The translations under genes and the position numbers were made by a program. From Leucoraja ocellata (lineage: Eukaryota), in assembly GCA_036785375.1 (NCBI GenBank), contig JAWMAR010000231.1, forward strand, positions 2,666,001-2,730,000: DNA of 64,000 nucleotides. Reading direction: 5' to 3'. Shown here piece by piece: positions 58,451 to 64,000 of the stretch. The notes below the pieces were generated by a model. The model saw only the letters and a program-made list of their open reading frames with translations. It was not told the DNA's origin and ran no database searches. The first letter of the stretch is position 1; the number at the start of each line of letters is the position of its first letter.

Positions 58451-59161
58451 TAGAAACATAGAAACATAGAAATTAGGTGCAGGAGTAGGCCATTCGGCCC
58501 TTCGAGTCTGCACCGCCATTCAATATGATCATGGCTGATCATCCAACTCAGTATCCCGTACCTGCCTTCTCTCCATACCCTCTGATCCCCTTAGCCACAA
58601 GGGCCACATCTAACTCCCTCTTAAATATAGCCAATGAACTGGCCTCAACTACCCTCTGCGGCAGAGAGTTCCAGAGATTCACCACTCTCTGTGTGAAAAA
58701 AGTTCTTCTCATCTCGGTTTTAAAGGATTTCCCCCTTATCCTTAAGCTGTGACCCCTTGTCCTGGACTTCCCCAACATCGGGAACAATCTTCCTGCATCT
58801 AGCCTGTCCAACCCCTTAAGAATTTTGTAAGTTTCTATAAGATCCCCTCTCAATCTCCTAAATTCTAGAGAGTATAAACCAAGTCTATCCAGTCTTTCTT
58901 CATAAGACAGTCCTGACATCCCAGGAATCAGTCTGGTGAACCTTCTCTGCACTCCCTCTATGGCAATAATGTCCTTCCTCAGATTTGGAGACCAAAACTG
59001 TACGCAATACTCCAGGTGTGGTCTCACCAAGACCCTGTACAACTGCAGTAGAACCTCCCTGCTCCTATACTCAAATCCTTTTGCTATGAAAGCCAACATA
59101 CCATTCGCTTTCTTTACTGCCTGCTGCACCTGCATGCCTACCTTCAATGACTGGTGTACCA
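58451..59161 (-). mobile_element. Young 5'-truncated CR1 3' fragment, nearly identical to the 3' part of 3195-6025
   Basis: Open 214-aa ORF 58548..59192; (TTCTATGT)n tail. Confidence 0.94.
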
Positions 59162-59456
59162 TTTTGAGATAATGCTGGGCTCCATGATGCAACGTGGATT
59201 TCTAATAGTGAATAAAAAGGAATTCAAAAGTTGTAGTTGTGGGTTCAAATCTACCAGAGTCGGCATTCATCTGTTCAGTGAACCAATGTTAGGTTGCACT
59301 GTGGTGTAGTAGGTAGTGCTGCTAACTCACAACTACAGAGAATCATGACCTATCTGTGTGGAGATGGCTCTTTTGAGTATTCCATTGTCCCCAAAGTCAT
59401 GCATCGATAGGTTACATTTTCTCTGCAAACAGCCCCTAGATTCTAAGTGAGTCTAA

Positions 59457-59682
59457 TGACCCTGTCCCACTTACAAAACCTGAATGGAAACCTCTGGAGA
59501 CTTTGCGCCCCACCCAAGGTTTCCGTGCGGTTCCCTGAGGTTGCAGGTGGTTTCCGGAGGTTGCAGGTAGTGGAAGCAGGTAGGGAGACTGACAAAAACC
59601 TCCGGGAACAGCATGGAAACCTTGGGTGGGGCGCAAAGTCTCCAGAGGTTTCCGTTCAGGTTTCCGAAGTGGGACAGGGGCA
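59457..59682. mobile_element. PIF/Harbinger-like MITE with long TIRs (226 bp) inside a degenerate SINE (~59295-59800)
   Basis: ~85-bp inverted arms beginning TGACCCTGTCCCACTT / ending AAGTGGGACAGGGGCA; TAA TSD (59454-59456, 59683-59685). Confidence 0.88.
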
Positions 59683-60046
59683 TAACATTGCAGGTGAGTG
59701 GTAAATAGGAACGTGAGAATAGGATTAGTGTAAATGGTGCTGGAGGGTCGGCATGGACCTGATGGGCTGAAGAGTCTGTTTTATGTTATATGACTCCATA
59801 ATCTTCACCAAACATCAATTCCATGAGAAACGCAGGGAGCAATGTCACCATTACATGAGACTCTTTTCATCCTCACTAACACCTTTATCTCCCTCACTCT
59901 AGAGGGACTGTGGACCCTCCTTCTCAAAATCTCAATGCAAATATTTGTCTCCACAGGGTCAAACAGGGTTACAATTGGCCTTGTTTAGATGCGGCATCTT
60001 GGTCTGCATGGACAACGGGCCTGTTTCCGTGCTGTACGACTCTACG

Positions 60047-60290
60047 ACCTTGATGGTGGGGATCCTTCCTGATAGATGTTGACTTCTGGAGGCAGTGCCT
60101 CATGAAGATACTTTCGATGGAGAGGAGAGCTGTCCTCAAGATGGACTGGGCTGTGTCCATCATTCTCTGCAGCCTCTTCCATTCCTGTGTATTGGGATTG
60201 CTATACCAGGCCATGATACATCCAGTCAGGATACTTTCTGCAGTGCATCTGTAAATATTTGTTTGGGTATTTTATTAGGAAACATATCAA
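60047..60290 (-). mobile_element. Rex1/Babar LINE RT C-terminal fragment
   Basis: YRCTAESILTGCIMAWYSNPNTQEWKRLQRMMDTAQSI...KDPHH (extends ORF 59969..60214). Confidence 0.8.
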
Positions 60291-60297
60291 ATCTCTT

Positions 60298-60715
60298 GTC
60301 AGGAATTGAGGGCCTGAGCTAGAGGAAAAGGTTGAGCCGACACAGGAGACTGAGGTGTGATCTTATGGAGATGTATATAATAATAAGAGGAATAGGTAGG
60401 GTGCTTGCACAGACACCTTTACCCAAGAAAGGGAAATAAAGAACCATAGGTTTAAGATGAATGGGGCAAGATTTAATAGGAACCTAATGGAAAACATTTT
60501 CACTCAGAGAGGGAATAAGGAACAGGTTGGCAAAGGAGGCTGATTTGGCAGATATTATAACAACATTGAATAGACACTTGGACAGGTTCAGGATAGGAAA
60601 GGTTCAGAGGGATGTGGACCAAATGCAGGCACATGGGATTAGCTTTGATGGGGCATCCTCGTTGGCACTGCCATTGGGCCAAAGGGCCTGTTTCCGTGCT
60701 GTATGACTCTATCTT
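60298..60715 (+). mobile_element. HER1/CR1-like LINE 3' fragment
   Basis: Ends GGGCCAAAGGGCCTGTTTCCGTGCTGTATGACTCT, the tail shared with the SINEs. Confidence 0.7.
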
Positions 60716-63700
60716 CTATGTCTCTTGTACGCTGACAGATCCCCATTAATGGTTCAGCCAACTACAGTTGTATTTCGGCACATTTATGGATGGCATTCAA
60801 GCTGCTCTTAGCCCTACCATCATGGGTGTAAAGAAAGTGGAACTGGGGTTAATTGAGATGCAATTGTGTTGATGAAAATATTGCCACAAATCCACATTGA
60901 TTGATGAGAAAGTCAAGGAAAGGAAGATACAAAGCCCCAGGTCTTAGAGCTTGGTGATGAGCTTGGAGGGGATGAAGGGTATTGTATGCCAAGTTGTAGT
61001 CAATGAACAGCAGCCTGACACACGTGTTGCTGTGATCCAGAGCAGAGCGGGGGGCCAGTGTGATAGCATCTTCTGTTGACCACGTATAAAATCATGAGAG
61101 GAATAGACCGGGTAGATGCACAGAGTCCCTTGCCCAGAGTAGGAGAATCGAGAACCAGAGGACACAGGTTTAAGGTGAAGAGAGAAAATAATCTGAGGGG
61201 TAACGTTTTCACACAAAGGGCGAATGTAACTAAGCAAAAACAATTCTAGGAAGATCAGGGATGCTGGACAATTTCAAACTGCAACTACATACAGTATTAA
61301 ACACACAATTCTAGCGGGAATCACAAATCAGCTAGTTGGCGAATTGAAGAGAATTCAGCTTAGGGCAACTAATGCAACTAGCCCAGGACGTAATGAAGAC
61401 TGATCCCGAGGATGTCCAAACCCCCAATCCTGGCAGATTGCTATCTAGCAAGCGGTTGTCCTGAAGGCATTCCCTCTCACCTGCTCCTGGTGTGGTGATA
61501 CCAGCCAACATGACCCCAATTCAACAACTGCAACTCACAATCTGCCTCTGCTCCTGTTGTATCTAATTTGGTCACGGGTACCACTCTCAAAAGAAAATAG
61601 GCAATTCCTCATTCAATAAATAAAAGTGAGATCAGTAAAGTAGCGAGAAATTATACTGTGCTTGTTCCATCAAAGAACAAACCAGAACGTTTTATCTGAC
61701 TTTCTCATTCATACAGTTGTGGTCCAGATCTACAATGAACTACAGAGAAATAGCCAGTAAATAAGAAGATGCAAAATGAGAGACAAATAGATGCATGGAG
61801 ACAGAGAGAGAAAAAAATCAACAATGTCCTGACTCAGGCAAAATAGTGAATTCAAGACAATTCCTTTGATAATCTTTGGAAATATTTTTCAAATTACAAA
61901 AGGAGAGTCATTAAAAAATTGCTTGCTTTATTGTAATATTCCTCAGATTCTTGATAATGCATTAGCTTTTTGCCAATGACAGACTGAATCGTCTGCTTAG
62001 AGTTTAGTTTTTACACTTTATAAGGAATGGTTTAATTTAAGTGACTTTCTTCATCAGCATTTCATATGATCGCCTTTCTCCTTTCAAATTCTAAATCTAA
62101 CTGAAATATTTTAAAAGGCCAATTTCCTTAAGGCATGTGGTAAAGGTCTTTGCATGTAAGACCATAAAATTATTGAGTGTAACTGTTTACAGTAATGACA
62201 TTCCGTGACCACACCTCATCTTAAGTGTGCACCCCTAAGCTGTATCTGATTAATCCTGACACACCTAAGAATTTGCAACACAGCTCTCAGTCAGCTCAGC
62301 TTCACATTGCTGCAAATTAAAATATGTTGCTTATTTTAACCAATTTAGCATCTGAGCTAATATTATGGTTTTGTATCCAAATACTCCACTCACAGTTAAT
62401 AAATGCAGTGGAATTATTCAGTTGCAGTTTGCTCTACCGCGCCTGTCTTCGTCTCATCTCTGAGACATTAAGAAAATATTTACAGATGCTACTCCAACCA
62501 AGTACTTCATCAAAATTGCTGTATTTTTCAGAAATAATGATCCTTCCACAGTGGATTAAGTCACTAACACGAGGCTTTGCCACATGTAAGGTGAAGGAGG
62601 AGAAGCTGTGATAGATTTGAAATGCCTGGGGCATTTGATCATATCCTGTACACAAAGTATCTTCTAACAACCATTTGAAAAGTAAACAGAATAAAGCTCC
62701 ATAGATCTGGAATGAAATTCTGTAGCCTCCAATGTTAAAATGCAGTCCTGAAAAATTTGAAGTTAACATATTCACCAAAATAAATTACATTTATTTAGGA
62801 TTATTTACAGGCATGAATATTGAACATTCTAATTTTGAGCCGCTTAGAAACAATGAAGATCAAGCATGTGATGAATGAGCATTGACTAGTTCAGAAAAAC
62901 ATAACAGGCAGCAAGTATCACCAGATTCTCACAGAATGTTTATGAAAATGAGGCCCACATCTATTGTGCCTCGAAAATCAGGGAGAATGGCTTTGGGATT
63001 AGTCAAATCGAGCTACCAATTATCCAAAGCTGGATTAATGCAGTGGATGTAGTGAAGTTGAATCAAGAAACTATGGTCTGATTGAACATATATAGACAAG
63101 CAATGCGGAATGACAGGAAGGGGAGGTTTCCTATCTGGTTACTAACTGGTTACGGTAGGTAACCTATCGGCACGGACTTGAAGGGCCGAGATGGCCTGTT
63201 TTCCGTGCTGTCATTGTTATATGGTTATATCTTAAAGGCTGTGCTTTGGAAAAGGAGAATGATATTACACTTTTTTTAGGGTACATCTCAATGGGACACA
63301 ATTATATAACAAGTTCTGGGCGATGGGCACAGATATGGCAATGACAGGATATTCATGGTCACAGAAGAATAAATTGAACAAGTTCAATGGGCTTGAGTGT
63401 GGCGTTTCTGAGGACAGAGTAATGACAACAGTTATGAAAGAAGAATAAGATCTCTCTAGCTGCATCAAGTCCACCAAATAAAATGTTTCACTCTTTGCGT
63501 CCAGTATGATTTGTAGGGGTGGGGTAGTTTGCATGTACGTACTTGAATGTTGCATGTCTGCAAGTTCAGAGACACACAGATTTGAGCTATCTTGGTATTG
63601 TTTATCCATGGTAATAAAATCAATTATATTATCTTAAAGCTATTTGTGGGAGCTTCCTGTGCACAATGGACAACTTCATTTCTCTATTTCACAACATGGA

Positions 63701-63774
63701 CTAAAGTTCAAAAGACTGCAATAGCACTTGTGACTTCTTGAGGTTATAGAAGGCACAATATATAGGAGATACTA

Positions 63775-63896
63775 AGAAACTGCAGATGCTGGAATCTTGA
63801 GCAAAACAACACAGTGCTGGATAACTTTATAGGTCAGGCGACATTTTCGGGAGGGAAATGGACAGATGCTTTGGGTCAGGAGCCTTCCTCAGACTA
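63775..63896 (-). mobile_element. Degenerate Penelope-like terminal fragment
   Basis: GAAACTGCAGATGCTGGAATCTTGAGC...CCTTCCTCAGACT. Confidence 0.6.
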
Positions 63897-64000
63897 CGTA
63901 TATATAGCGGGTGTGTTTCTCTTTGAAAGATTCCAGTCATAAAGGCTCTATCAACTTGGGATGTTTAAGTTCATAAACCTCTGCATATAGAGCAATCAAG

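Noticed and set aside
59436-59704. Mirror-image ORFs on both strands (NLNGNLWRLCAPPKVS)
   Set aside because: A consequence of the MITE's long terminal inverted repeats, not protein coding.
63265-63609. ORF starting MDKQYQD as candidate GRHL1 exon 1
   Set aside because: No GT donor after coding nt 20, which the phase of exon 2 and the recalled MTQEYDN exon require, and similarity is weak. Exon 1 is probably beyond 64000.

Overview
Vertebrate genomic DNA, very likely from a cartilaginous fish (skate/ray). This is inferred from HE1-like tRNA-derived SINEs, HER1/CR1 LINEs and Penelope-like repeats. The window lies inside one minus-strand gene, grainyhead-like 1 (GRHL1). Eleven consecutive coding exons (2-12, 54107 down to 1727) were reconstructed by hand with GT-AG boundaries and consistent phases, giving 1491 nt in one open frame. 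Exon 1 and exons 13+ were not found and probably lie outside the window. The introns, including a ~25 kb intron 8, are packed with mobile-element remnants: CR1/HER1, RTE, Rex1/Babar and Tx1-like LINE fragments, SINEs, Penelope-like elements (PLEs), and Harbinger- and hAT-type MITEs, several of them nested. The most notable observations are: many PLE termini carrying minimal hammerhead-ribozyme motifs with compensatory changes in stem II, often as fold-back hairpins; a 141-bp templated inverted insertion between two inverted CR1 copies; an unclassified 1.04-kb TIR element in a palindromic target; candidate divergent CTCF sites and GRHL motifs in intron 8; and lineage-specific changes in GRHL1 exons 10 and 11. 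Repeat family names come from recognition, not database searches, and repeat boundaries are approximate unless a TSD is given.
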